NCBI GenBank assembly: GCA_963718915.1
Contig: CAVRAI010000015.1
Coordinates: 120,001 to 152,000 of the forward strand
Source of the DNA: an uncultured Chloroflexia bacterium
GTDB lineage: Bacteria; Chloroflexota; Ktedonobacteria; Ktedonobacterales; JADMIN01
Length of the DNA: 32,000 nt
Direction of reading: 5' to 3'
The notes under the pieces are model-generated. The model worked only from the letters and a program-made list of their open reading frames with translations. It was not told the DNA's origin and ran no database searches. The translations under genes were made by a program, and so were the position numbers. This document shows positions 8,896 to 18,330 of the stretch, piece by piece; position 1 is the stretch's first letter, and each line of letters begins with the position of its first letter.

Positions 8896-9771
8896 CTAGG
8901 CGTTGGATCCAGCCACAACCTCCAGAATCTGGGTGGTGATGGCTGTTTGGCGTGCTTTGTTATAGGTCAGCGTCAGATCATCCACCAGGTCAGTCGCGTT
9001 GTCAGTGGCGTTCTTCATGGCCACCATCTGCGCCGAGTAGAAGCTGGCGACGGTTTCCAGCAGCGGCTGGTAAATCAGGGTTTCGATGTAACGCGGCAGT
9101 AGCGCCGCGAAGATCTGCCCGGCGTCCGGCTCATAGATATACTGCGGCGTCAGTCCACCGGTCTCCGCCTCTTCCGGCGGCTCCACCGGGAGCAGCTGGA
9201 TGACGGTTGGCGTTTGCTGCACGGTCGAGACGAACTTCGGATAGACCAGCAGCACACGATCCACATCGCCGTTGAGATAGATGTCGGTAACGGCACGGGC
9301 AATCGCCCGGACGTCGGCCTGAGCGGGCTGGTCGCCGAGGTTGGTGAACTCAGCGATCAGCGGCTGCTGTGTCCGCGCGAGAAAGTCGCGTCCGCGTCGC
9401 CCGACGGCGACGTAGGAAATGGGCAGGCTGGAATTGCCCGCATCCCGGCGTAGATCGGTCGCCAGTTGCGCCACCCGACGGTTGATGTTGCCCGGCAGGC
9501 CACCCGCCAGGCCACGGTCTGGCGAGATCACCACCACGCCTACACGCCTGACCGGACGCGACTTCATCAGGGGCAGGTCTTCCTCATCGCCAGCCTGTTT
9601 CGCCAGCCGCGCGACGAGCCGCATCAGCTCATCGGAGTATGGGCGCGACGCCACCACACGCTCCTGCGCCCGGCGCATCTTGCTGCTCGCTACCATCTGC
9701 ACGGCGCGCGTAATCTGCGCGACGTTCTTGACCGACCGAATGCGCCGCCGAATTTCTCTGGCTGTAGCCAT
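8896..9771 (-). CDS. atpG: F1 ATP synthase gamma subunit
   Basis: The N-terminus (MATAREIRRRIRSVKNVAQITRAVQMVASSKMRRAQ) and C-terminus (LTYNKARQTAITTQILEVVAG) are diagnostic of gamma. Confidence 0.95.
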   Translation of the reverse strand: MATAREIRRRIRSVKNVAQITRAVQMVASSKMRRAQERVVASRPYSDELMRLVARLAKQAGDEEDLPLMKSRPVRRVGVVVISPDRGLAGGLPGNINRRVAQLATDLRRDAGNSSLPISYVAVGRRGRDFLARTQQPLIAEFTNLGDQPAQADVRAIARAVTDIYLNGDVDRVLLVYPKFVSTVQQTPTVIQLLPVEPPEEAETGGLTPQYIYEPDAGQIFAALLPRYIETLIYQPLLETVASFYSAQMVAMKNATDNATDLVDDLTLTYNKARQTAITTQILEVVAGSNA

Positions 9772-9830
9772 ACTTCCTCCAGGGGAGTTCGAGGTGGAGG
9801 CTGCTCACCTACACCCGGAACCCTGCGGTA

Positions 9831-11363
9831 CTAGCGCGGCGCCACTGTCTGATACTCTTTGATCGCGGCGTCCAGTTCGGCGAACTGCTCGTCGGTAATC
9901 TTCTTGTTGTCGGTGACGGTTTGCTGGTGGATGCCCTGTACCAGTTCGCTATAGCTGGCATCCATAAAGCGGTGGAATTGCTCCTCCCACTCCTGCACCT
10001 TCTCGACCGGAACCTCGTCCAGATAGCCTTTCGCGGCGGCATAGATGATCATAATCTGATGCTCAACCGACATCGGCTGGTACTGGCGCTGCTTCAGAAT
10101 CTCCTGCTGGCGCTGGCCGCGATCGATGCGGGCCTTGGTCGCCTTGTCGAGATCGGAGCCGAACTGCGCGAAGGCGGCCAGCTCGCGGAACTGCGCGAGA
10201 TCCAGCTTCAGTGTGCCCGCGACCTGCTTCATGCCTGGCGTCTGCGCGGCGGTACCGACGCGGCTGACCGAGATGCCCACATTGAGCGCTGGTCGCACGC
10301 CCGCGTTGAAGAGGTCGGTTTCCAGGTAAATCTGGCCGTCGGTGATCGAGATGACGTTGGTCGGGATGTAGGCCGAGACGTCGTTGCCCTTCGTCTCGAT
10401 GATGGGCAGCGCGGTGAGCGAGCCACCACCGTAATCCTTGCTCATGCGCGCGGCGCGCTCTAGCAGGCGGCTATGCAGATAGAACACATCGCCCGGATAC
10501 GCCTCGCGTCCCGGCGGGCGGCGGATAATCAGCGACATGTTGCGGTAGGCGTCGGCGTGCTTGGAGAGGTCATCGTAGATGATGAGGGCATCGCGCCCAC
10601 TCTCCATGATCTCCTCGCCCATCGCGCAGCCCGCGTAGGGAGCCAGATACTTCAACGGGGCGGGGTCCTCGGCGCCTGCGTGGACGATGATGGTATGTTC
10701 CATCGCGCCATAGCGCTTGAGCGTCTCGGCGATCTGCGCCACCTGGAAGTTCTTCTGTCCGATGGAGACGTAGATACAGATGAGGTTCTTGCCCTTCTGG
10801 TTGATGATCGTATCGAGCGCCACAGCGGTCTTGCCGGTCTGGCGGTCGCCGATAATTAGCTCGCGCTGGCCGCGGCCAATCGGGATCAGCGCGTCAATCG
10901 CCTTCAGGCCGGTCTGCACCGGCACCGTCACCGACTGGCGCGTGATGACGCCGGGGGCCACACGCTCGACCGGACGGGTTCTGGTGGTGTTGATTGGGCC
11001 AGCGTCGTCCAGCGGCGCGCCCAATGGGCTGACGATGCGCCCGATAAGCGCGTCGCCAACCGGCGCCGAGATGATGCGGCCTGTGGTGCGCACCTCGTCA
11101 TTTTCACGAAGCACGGTATAGTCACCCATGATCGGCACCGCGACGGAATCCTCTTCGAGGTTGAAGGCGATGCCGAAGATGTTGGTGCGTGGGAACTCTA
11201 GCAGTTCGAGATAGTGCGCGCCGGCGAGGCCGTAGACACGCGCGATGCCGTCGGCGACGCTGATGACCGTGCCCACACTGGTCGTTGCGGACTCAGCGGC
11301 CGGCCCCTCAAAGTTCTGAATGCGGTCACGGATTACTCTGGTAATCTCGTCCGTGATTGCCAT
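9831..11363 (-). CDS. atpA: F1 ATP synthase alpha subunit
   Basis: Walker A (GDRQTGKT) and conserved alpha sequence. Start moved from 11414 to the ATG at 11363 ([11 protein letters not shown]...), which follows GAGG. Confidence 0.97.
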   Translation of the reverse strand: MAITDEITRVIRDRIQNFEGPAAESATTSVGTVISVADGIARVYGLAGAHYLELLEFPRTNIFGIAFNLEEDSVAVPIMGDYTVLRENDEVRTTGRIISAPVGDALIGRIVSPLGAPLDDAGPINTTRTRPVERVAPGVITRQSVTVPVQTGLKAIDALIPIGRGQRELIIGDRQTGKTAVALDTIINQKGKNLICIYVSIGQKNFQVAQIAETLKRYGAMEHTIIVHAGAEDPAPLKYLAPYAGCAMGEEIMESGRDALIIYDDLSKHADAYRNMSLIIRRPPGREAYPGDVFYLHSRLLERAARMSKDYGGGSLTALPIIETKGNDVSAYIPTNVISITDGQIYLETDLFNAGVRPALNVGISVSRVGTAAQTPGMKQVAGTLKLDLAQFRELAAFAQFGSDLDKATKARIDRGQRQQEILKQRQYQPMSVEHQIMIIYAAAKGYLDEVPVEKVQEWEEQFHRFMDASYSELVQGIHQQTVTDNKKITDEQFAELDAAIKEYQTVAPR

Positions 11364-11450
11364 GGCTAAACCTCGTTCTTTGGGCACAGGCCTGGGCACA
11401 AGCCTGGTAAACACATTGTGCGCCAGTGCGATGGGGCGCGCCGACGCTGA

Positions 11451-12278
11451 CTAGCGCCGACGGCCACGCTTGCGAGAATTATTTCGATTTTTAGAACTAT
11501 TGGCACTCTGGTTGCTCTGGTTGCCGGATGACTGCGCTGGTTGTTCCGACGACCGCGGCGCCATATGCGGCGATTGACCGCGACGTGGCGCCATCTCTGT
11601 CGCCGTGGCTGGCCCGCCATTGGCGGCATCGTCTGGCTCTGGGGGCGTGACAACGAACGGCGTCTCCGCCGTGCTCGCACCCGTCCCGGCGCCGTTGGAC
11701 GCTGCCGCGCTGGTCACGCCATCCATCTGGCTGCTGAACATGCCGCCGCGCTGCAACTGCTGCCGGAGCAGCTGTAACCGCCGACGCACGCTGCCATCAA
11801 TCAGCGTATCGCCCACGCGCGCGATGGCCCCGCCCAGAATGGACGGATCCACCTGCTCATTCAGCAAGACCGTCTTCCCTGTGATCCGCTGCAAATCCGT
11901 CACCACGCTCGCCCGCGTCATCTCGTCTATCGGCATCGCGGTGGTGAGATTCGCGTGAATCTGGTGATGGTAGTCGTCGTATTTCCGCTCGAACTCGTCA
12001 CGAATTCGCGGCGCCAGTTCCACCAGCCTGCGCTCGACCAGTAACAGCGCGAGGTTGAGCGCCTCCGCCTGAACCTTCCCACTGAGCAGATCCCTGACGA
12101 TTAGTTCCTTTTTGGGGAACTGAATGTTCGGTTCGCTCAACAGGAAGATCAGCCGGTGATCGCTGAAATACTCGGTGATCAGTCGGAGGTCTTGAAGCCA
12201 GCGGTCAACCGCGTTCTGCTCGACCCCTAACTCGAAGACCGCCTCCGCATAGCGACGCGCGGTCGCGCCCTTTAACAC
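11451..12278 (-). CDS. atpH: F1 ATP synthase delta (OSCP) subunit with a long low-complexity C-terminal extension
   Basis: OSCP-like body (aa 1-~176; ...GGAIARVGDTLIDGSVRRRLQLLRQQL). GTG start at 12278 overlaps the atpF stop (GTGTTAA). About 100 further residues rich in S/N/Q/A/P end in KNRNNSRKRGRRR. Confidence 0.9.
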   Translation of the reverse strand: MLKGATARRYAEAVFELGVEQNAVDRWLQDLRLITEYFSDHRLIFLLSEPNIQFPKKELIVRDLLSGKVQAEALNLALLLVERRLVELAPRIRDEFERKYDDYHHQIHANLTTAMPIDEMTRASVVTDLQRITGKTVLLNEQVDPSILGGAIARVGDTLIDGSVRRRLQLLRQQLQRGGMFSSQMDGVTSAAASNGAGTGASTAETPFVVTPPEPDDAANGGPATATEMAPRRGQSPHMAPRSSEQPAQSSGNQSNQSANSSKNRNNSRKRGRRR

Positions 12279-12760
12279 TGGAGATCCCTCGACTGCGAGA
12301 CGAACTCCTGCACGAGCTTGCGGTTATCCTCGGTATTCATCGAGTGACCGATGACCCGCTCCGCTGCCATGATGGCCAGATCAGAGACCTGGCGGCTCAG
12401 CTCGGATTTCGCCTGCGCGACCTGTTGTTCGATGTTCTTCTGCGCCTGCGTCATGATCTCGTCGGCGCGCTGACGCGCCTCCTGCTCGATCTCGGCGCGC
12501 AGATGCTCCGACGCCTGCGTGGCGCGCGCGAGAGCCTGCTGGCCCTCCTGCCGCGCCTGTTCGAGCATCTTTGCGACCCGTGTCTCGGCTTCGGCAAGCT
12601 GCCGCTTCGCCGTCGCGGCGTCGTCCAGCCCTCGCTGAATCTGGCCAGAGCGCTCGTCCAGGAATTTGTTGACCGTGGGCAGCGCCCACTTCCAGAGGAC
12701 GAGAACGACGATCAGAAAGACCACGACCTGGGCGGCAAAGTTCCAAACGCTGATGCCCAT
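12272..12760 (-). CDS. atpF: Fo ATP synthase subunit b
   Basis: N-terminal TM helix (NFAAQVVVFLIVVLVLWKW) followed by a long charged helix. Start placed at ATG 12760, preceded by AAGGAGGAG. Confidence 0.92.
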   Translation of the reverse strand: MGISVWNFAAQVVVFLIVVLVLWKWALPTVNKFLDERSGQIQRGLDDAATAKRQLAEAETRVAKMLEQARQEGQQALARATQASEHLRAEIEQEARQRADEIMTQAQKNIEQQVAQAKSELSRQVSDLAIMAAERVIGHSMNTEDNRKLVQEFVSQSRDLQC

Positions 12761-12824
12761 ACACTCCTCCTTCGGGTGTTGTAACACATGTATCACACCC
12801 GGCAGAAATCGTCAGGAAGGAGCG

Positions 12825-13232
<408 letters not shown>

Positions 13233-13323
13233 TCAGAGCATCTATCCTGCACCCGCCTCCTGAGCGCGCCTGACGCGGCCCTCAGATGCGAGGTAAGGAC
13301 ACAACACAGAAGAATCCAGGTAA

Positions 13324-14199
13324 CTACCTTTCGAGCGCCTGCTCAGCGCGCAGTTGCTTCTCGTGCTGCACCTCTGCCGCATGTACCTCTTCAGGATCCT
13401 CGTGGCCGTGGCCCGTCGTTCCCAGCGTCAGGAAGATCAGGGTAAGCATGGCGAAGACGAAGGCTTGAATGAAGGCGACGAATATTTCGAGGAAGTAGAA
13501 CGGTATCGCGCCGACGAACGGGAGCAGGAAGCTGATGACCAGCAGGAGCACGCTGCCCGCGAAGAGGTTGCCGAAGAGACGGAAGCCAAACGAAATGATA
13601 CGCGCCAGCTCCAGGACGGCTTCGAGCAAGCCGACAAAGAGGCCGATGACGCCATCACGCAATGTAAGGTAGCGTCCGAGTTGCGCCTTTGCGCCGAGCA
13701 TACGCCAGCCATAAATCTGGGTTACCACCACCGAGATGACGGCAATCGCCAGCGTAAAGTTGAGATCGGTTGAAGGCGGCCGCAGCAGTGGCGTGATGCA
13801 GTTGGAGACGCTTTTCTCCACCAGGAGAAGTCCCGTGGCATTTTCGCATCCGGGAATCTCGTGATTGATGAGGCCGATGGTCTCGACGCCGGGAATGACC
13901 TCCCATAGGTTGCCCAGCAGCACGACGATGAAGATGCCAAAGACCCAGGGGAAAAAGCGCCTGCCCTTCTCTTTGCCCGCTACCTCCTGGCAGAGGCCAA
14001 GCATGCTCTGCACCAACCACTCGAGGGCGCCTTGCACGCGACCAGGCAGTAGTTTCTTGCGGAGCGAGAAGAGGAAGAAGATGATGAAGATCAGGAGCGC
14101 GTCGACGATTGCTAAGAGTAAAGTGCTGGTAAACGGGAGCGGGCCAATGTAGAACAGTGGCTCAACCGATACCGTGATGTTTGGCAGATTCCAGAGCAC
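13324..14199 (-). CDS. atpB: Fo ATP synthase subunit a
   Basis: Polytopic membrane protein carrying the conserved FRLFGNLFAG motif (essential Arg). GTG start at 14199 with a GAGGGAG RBS. Confidence 0.95.
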   Translation of the reverse strand: MLWNLPNITVSVEPLFYIGPLPFTSTLLLAIVDALLIFIIFFLFSLRKKLLPGRVQGALEWLVQSMLGLCQEVAGKEKGRRFFPWVFGIFIVVLLGNLWEVIPGVETIGLINHEIPGCENATGLLLVEKSVSNCITPLLRPPSTDLNFTLAIAVISVVVTQIYGWRMLGAKAQLGRYLTLRDGVIGLFVGLLEAVLELARIISFGFRLFGNLFAGSVLLLVISFLLPFVGAIPFYFLEIFVAFIQAFVFAMLTLIFLTLGTTGHGHEDPEEVHAAEVQHEKQLRAEQALER

Positions 14200-14275
14200 G
14201 AGGTTGACTCCCTCTGTGTCTTCACTGCCGCATAGCCCGAATAGCCTCAGCCTTCCCGCGTATCCCGCCTCACCG

Positions 14276-14518
14276 TCATTCTAACGAGGAGACAAGCCGA
14301 TACGCGCCGTAGACGCCAGCGGCCAGGCCAAGCAGCAGCCCGATAAGTGTCGCTATTGGCGAACTGCGGAGCTTGCTATCAATGAAGAGCCCTGCGCCAA
14401 TGCCGAGCAGAATGGGGATCACAATTGTCAAACCCAGCTGACCGACCAGGACAAGACCGGCCCAATCGTTCGCCGATGGAGGTTTATCCTCACCATTCCT
14501 CATTGACATGGCTATCAC
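14276..14518 (-). CDS. atpZ: AtpZ/AtpI-like small membrane protein (ATP synthase gene 1 family)
   Basis: Two-TM ~78-aa protein (WAGLVLVGQLGLTIVIPILLGIGAGLFID...IATLIGLLLGLAAGVYGAY) directly upstream of atpB. The likely true start is ATG 14509, following GGAG. Confidence 0.75.
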   Translation of the reverse strand: MIAMSMRNGEDKPPSANDWAGLVLVGQLGLTIVIPILLGIGAGLFIDSKLRSSPIATLIGLLLGLAAGVYGAYRLVSSLE

Positions 14519-14780
14519 TCCGCATACCAGAAGGAGTATACCATAGCGGTATTCTTCCAGGCAACAACTGGGACCCCCGCTGTCCCATCTCAGGGGCTAT
14601 GTACCGTTTACTCGCTATGCCGCATCAGCTGTCTTGAATTCGGCGAAAACGCGCTATCGAACACAAGATCAAATATTTACTGGTACTTATGGCTATATAG
14701 ACTCCAATCAATTACTCATTGGCTACGACGTGCGCTCGCTTGTCGCGTTGATTCCGTTGGAGCGCTGTGATTTTGGGAAC

Positions 14781-14885
14781 GTTCCGTGGCCTGAAGGCCA
14801 CGGCGAATTTCCACGCCTGAATCACTCCTCCATTCGCCGGAGCGTGAACGCTCCGGCCTGCCTCGCCCGCCACGACGTGTGGTGT
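14781..14885. repeat. REP-like stem-loop repeat module between the response-regulator 3' end and the atp operon promoter region
   Basis: CCGTGGCC-TGAA-GGCCACGG (14785-14804). CGGCGAAT...ATTCGCCG is an enclosing inverted repeat. CCGGAGCG-TGAA-CGCTCCGG (14837-14856). Segment 14830-14877 is the reverse complement of module 189-238. Confidence 0.65.
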
Positions 14886-14952
14886 TTGGCGTAATCCGTG
14901 AACGTTGATTGCGCTACAGCTTGCCCGCTCCGATGCTAAGCCGGGTGTTGTA

Positions 14953-15672
14953 TCAGATCAGCCCGCGCTCGCGTGCCAGCCTCGCTGCCTGCGTGCGGTT
15001 GGCCGCGTGCAGCTTCATCAGGATGTTCGAGACGTAGTTTTTTACGGTTCCCTCCGCTAGCGCCAGCTGGTCGCCAATCTCACGATTGCTCTCGCCCTGC
15101 GCCAGCCGTCGCAACACCTCAACCTCGCGCTGGCTTAGCTCGCCATCGCCGCTACCATTGCCGTTGCCGCCACGCTCGCCAGTCGCTTCCTGCGTGGCAT
15201 CCTGCGGGCGCAACGTACCGCGTCGCCCAAACTCCATCAGCAATTTCGTGGCCACTCTGGGCGCGATGAATGATTCGCCCGCGTAGACCCGGCGGATGGT
15301 CTCGGCCAGCTCGGCGGCTGGTGTGTCTTTGAGCAGATAGCCCACCGCGCCTGCTTTGATGGCCTCGAAAACGTAGTCCTCATAATCGAAAGTTGTCAGG
15401 ATAATGACGCGGCATGGCAGGTTGCGCGCAGTGATGGCCGCCGTCGCCTGGACGCCGTTTTGCTGCGGCATCTGCACGTCCATCAGCACGATATCTGGCC
15501 GCATCTCCTCCGCCATCTGAACCGCCTGCGCCCCGTCGAGCGCCGCGCCAACCACCTCAAATCCTGGCTCCAGCGTCAGCACCGTATGCAGCCCCTCGCG
15601 CATCAGCGTCTGGTCTTCGCAGATCAGCAGGCGAATAGGCCGCTGCTCGTCATGATCGCTGCTCGGCGTCAT
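14953..15672 (-). CDS. NarL/LuxR-family response regulator (REC + LuxR-type HTH)
   Basis: Receiver domain (RLLICEDQTLMREGL...DIVLMDVQMP) and C-terminal LuxR HTH (LSQREVEVLRRLAQGESNREIGDQLALAEGTVKNYVSNILMKL). The linker is Gly/Asn-rich (GERGGNGNGSGDGE). Confidence 0.92.
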   Translation of the reverse strand: MTPSSDHDEQRPIRLLICEDQTLMREGLHTVLTLEPGFEVVGAALDGAQAVQMAEEMRPDIVLMDVQMPQQNGVQATAAITARNLPCRVIILTTFDYEDYVFEAIKAGAVGYLLKDTPAAELAETIRRVYAGESFIAPRVATKLLMEFGRRGTLRPQDATQEATGERGGNGNGSGDGELSQREVEVLRRLAQGESNREIGDQLALAEGTVKNYVSNILMKLHAANRTQAARLARERGLI

Positions 15673-15720
15673 TGGCGTGGCCCTCCATTCTCGCTTGATC
15701 TAGTCTTTATACATGCTCAC

Positions 15721-17091
15721 TCATTCGCTGATGGCGGGCAGCCGCACCTCGACGCGCGTGCCGTGGCCGTCCGCGCCCGCGCCGATGCTGAACGCGCCTC
15801 CCGCGCCGGTGGTTCGCTCGCGCATGCCGGTGATGCCAAAGTGGCCTGACGGGCTGATGATCGCGTCGCGCTGGAGTGGCTGGTCGTCGCGTCCCGGTAC
15901 GGTCACCGCTACACGCTGGGGAGGATTCGTCGTCAGGATGCCCTTGCCGTCATCCTCGATGCGCAGCAGGATAGCGTCGCCTTGCCGCGCCAACGTAAGA
16001 TGCACGACGCGCGCCTCGGCGTGACGCTCGATGTTGGCCAGCGCCTCGATGCCGGTGCGCAGCAGCGCCTCATAGACCTGCTCGTCGACCGGTTCGACAT
16101 CGGGCGCAATCTCGCAGGTGAGTTGCCAGCCCGTGCGCGCAGCGATTTCTTGCGCGGCGCCGACGAGTGTGCAGTCCAGACTTTCGTGGGCGTTGCCGCG
16201 CGTGCGCAGGTCAGAGATGGCGGTGCGTAGCTCTGCCAGGGCGTCGCGGGCGATGGCTTGTGTCGCCGCCACCTCGTGATCGGCGCGGGCGGGGTTCACT
16301 GCGCGTAGACGTTGCGCCGCCTCCAGCTTGACCGTCATCAGCGCCAGCGAGTGACCCAGCGTATCGTGCATGTCGCGGGCGAGTCTGCCGCGCTCGCGCA
16401 GAACTGCCAGCTCACGCTCGTGTTCCGCCGCCTGTTCCAATTGCCGATGAGCCTCTTCCAACTCATGATGGGACTGTTGCAGATCGAGAAACATCCGCTC
16501 GCGCTGAAAACGGCCACGCAGCAGCACAATGGGCATATAAATCACCGCGCAATAGCAGGCGAGTCCGAGGACAAGCCCGGCGAATTGGAGGAGCGCGGAC
16601 GGTGAGAGGCTCGTCGGGAGGGCGTGATAGTAGGCCAGCGCCAGCAATGAGGTGGGGATGACCATCACCAGGCAGCGTGGCATGGGTAGCAGGGAGAAGC
16701 CCATACCAAAGGGAATCCAGATCAGCCAGACGAAATTATCGTTGAGCGCGATCAGCGTCACCGAGAGCGCCAGCAATGCCGCCCACAGCGCCACCGCCCG
16801 CCAGGGATGAAGCACGCGACCTTTGTCGAATCGCAACTTCCAGTATGAGTCGGCGTTTTCGCCCGCAAACCAGCACGAGCCACGGGTGAAGACGAAGAGA
16901 TAGCACGCCGCAAACACCAGCGCCACCCACCCACGCGGGGACGCATAGAAGCCAGGACTCGTGACCAGAATGCTCAGAAGCGCCAGCGCCACGCCCGCAT
17001 AGCAAACAATGCGCCAGAAGATACCAATGCCCTCGCCGAAGCGGCGCAGAGCCGACAGTTGGGAAACGCTGGATTGTGCTACCTGTTGCAT
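15721..17091 (-). CDS. Sensor histidine kinase, HisKA_3 (NarX/DesK/LiaS-like) type, with a polytopic membrane N-terminus
   Basis: H-box (RLARDMHDTLGHSLALMTVKLEAA) and HATPase region (GITGMRERTTGAGGAFSIGAGADGHGTRVEVRLP). Several N-terminal TM helices. Start ambiguous between ATG 17091 and GTG 17163. Confidence 0.88.
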   Translation of the reverse strand: MQQVAQSSVSQLSALRRFGEGIGIFWRIVCYAGVALALLSILVTSPGFYASPRGWVALVFAACYLFVFTRGSCWFAGENADSYWKLRFDKGRVLHPWRAVALWAALLALSVTLIALNDNFVWLIWIPFGMGFSLLPMPRCLVMVIPTSLLALAYYHALPTSLSPSALLQFAGLVLGLACYCAVIYMPIVLLRGRFQRERMFLDLQQSHHELEEAHRQLEQAAEHERELAVLRERGRLARDMHDTLGHSLALMTVKLEAAQRLRAVNPARADHEVAATQAIARDALAELRTAISDLRTRGNAHESLDCTLVGAAQEIAARTGWQLTCEIAPDVEPVDEQVYEALLRTGIEALANIERHAEARVVHLTLARQGDAILLRIEDDGKGILTTNPPQRVAVTVPGRDDQPLQRDAIISPSGHFGITGMRERTTGAGGAFSIGAGADGHGTRVEVRLPAISE

Positions 17092-17482
17092 ACCGTGTTC
17101 TCGTACTTCCGCTGTATAAGGCTCCACGCGCAAACATACGAGCGAGCCGTGCGTCCGTTGCACCTTGCCGAACCTGCCTCGTCCAGTATATGACTCGCGC
17201 GTCCTACATGGCCAGACGCTCGCGAATTGCCAATTTTTGCAGCGCTCTCGAAACTGGGTGATGGTGGGACGAGTGTCTATATATCCTCAATCAACATCCT
17301 GGCTGATGCGCGGCCATGGCGCATGTGATGCGACGCATATTGAGATTCAGATAGCCCACTTGCGAGGTTGTTTTCCATTTGCCTGGTTCCCGCGTATGAT
17401 GAAGCTCACCCATGATACTCAGTAAGCAAGGACGCAAACATGAGAGTGGATCGTTGCAATGATGGTTTCAGAGGGGGAATGC

Positions 17483-17722
17483 ATGGCTGGGCCACACAAC
17501 GGCAGAACTCGGGAGTTCGCCAGGCGTCTGTATGAGCGCCGCATGCAATTGAATTGGACTCGTCAGATGCTTGCAGATGGAATGCGGGTGAGCGTGGCCA
17601 CGGTAGGAAACTGGGAACGCGGGCGAGGATACCCTGAGATCGGCTCGCGCGATAGACTCTGCACACTCCTGAGCATGTCCGCAAAACAACTGCGTCTGCC
17701 GCCTTTTAACGACGAGGATTAG
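17483..17722 (+). CDS. XRE-family helix-turn-helix transcriptional regulator
   Basis: HTH_3-like sequence (LYERRMQLNWTRQMLADGMRVSVATVGNWERGRGYPE). Start placed at ATG 17483, preceded by GAGGGGG; the tracked ORF begins at 17459. Confidence 0.8.
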   Translation: MAGPHNGRTREFARRLYERRMQLNWTRQMLADGMRVSVATVGNWERGRGYPEIGSRDRLCTLLSMSAKQLRLPPFNDED

Positions 17723-17775
17723 GGGTACGCGGAGCGGCAGCCGTCGCAGGTTCGTTCAGACGAGTTCAAGAGCGT

Positions 17776-18306
17776 TCAATCGTGCTCTCTGGCGATCATG
17801 CCAAGTTGTCGCGCGGTCATCAGCCAGAGGAGGGTGGCGCTGCCAGCCAGTTGTTTGGCGGCGTGGTCCTGGTCGGGCGTTTCATCGGGCAGGTCGAGAG
17901 CACAGCACGCGCCCTTTTTCAGGATGACCTGCGCCTCGCCACGCGGGACGATCAGCCGTCCAATCAGGGTGCTGAAGTCTGGTTCGTGCCCGACCAACAT
18001 CAGCCCGCGCGCCTCGGTGAAAATGGTAAGCAGCCCGGCGAGTTGCGCCAACCCGAAGCCAGGGGACAGCGCCTCGTGCTCGTTTACCTGTAGATGGAAG
18101 ACTTCGCCAACGATCTCGGCGGTCTGGCGCGCCCGCACCAGCGGACTGGTCAGCAGTGTGTCAAGTGTGGGATCGAGCGCCTTCAGGCCAGCCGCCGCGG
18201 CGTGCATGGTATGCTCGCCTTTCTGAGTCAATGGGCGCAGGTAATCGTCGGCTGTCCAGTTGTCGCGGTTGCCCGCGGGCCCGTGGCGCAACAGATAGAG
18301 TCGCAT
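17776..18306 (-). CDS. sixA: Phosphohistidine phosphatase SixA-like (histidine phosphatase superfamily)
   Basis: N-terminal RHG catalytic motif (MRLYLLRHGPAG), then ...LTSPLVRARQTAEI... and LVGHEP. Size ~176 aa. Confidence 0.85.
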   Translation of the reverse strand: MRLYLLRHGPAGNRDNWTADDYLRPLTQKGEHTMHAAAAGLKALDPTLDTLLTSPLVRARQTAEIVGEVFHLQVNEHEALSPGFGLAQLAGLLTIFTEARGLMLVGHEPDFSTLIGRLIVPRGEAQVILKKGACCALDLPDETPDQDHAAKQLAGSATLLWLMTARQLGMIAREHD

Positions 18307-18330
18307 CTCTTTCGCTTCCTTCGTGCGCTA

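Noticed and set aside
14634-14894. 86-aa plus-strand ORF between the atp operon and the response regulator. ORFs 155..358 and 222..617 at the window start are similar cases.
   Set aside because: They lie on the stem-loop repeat modules. They have no RBS and their composition is dictated by the repeats. The same repeat sequences occur in both orientations elsewhere, which is incompatible with coding.
17483-18306. The XRE regulator as the antitoxin of a toxin-antitoxin pair.
   Set aside because: No adjacent small co-oriented partner gene. The neighbouring gene is convergent and is clearly SixA-like.
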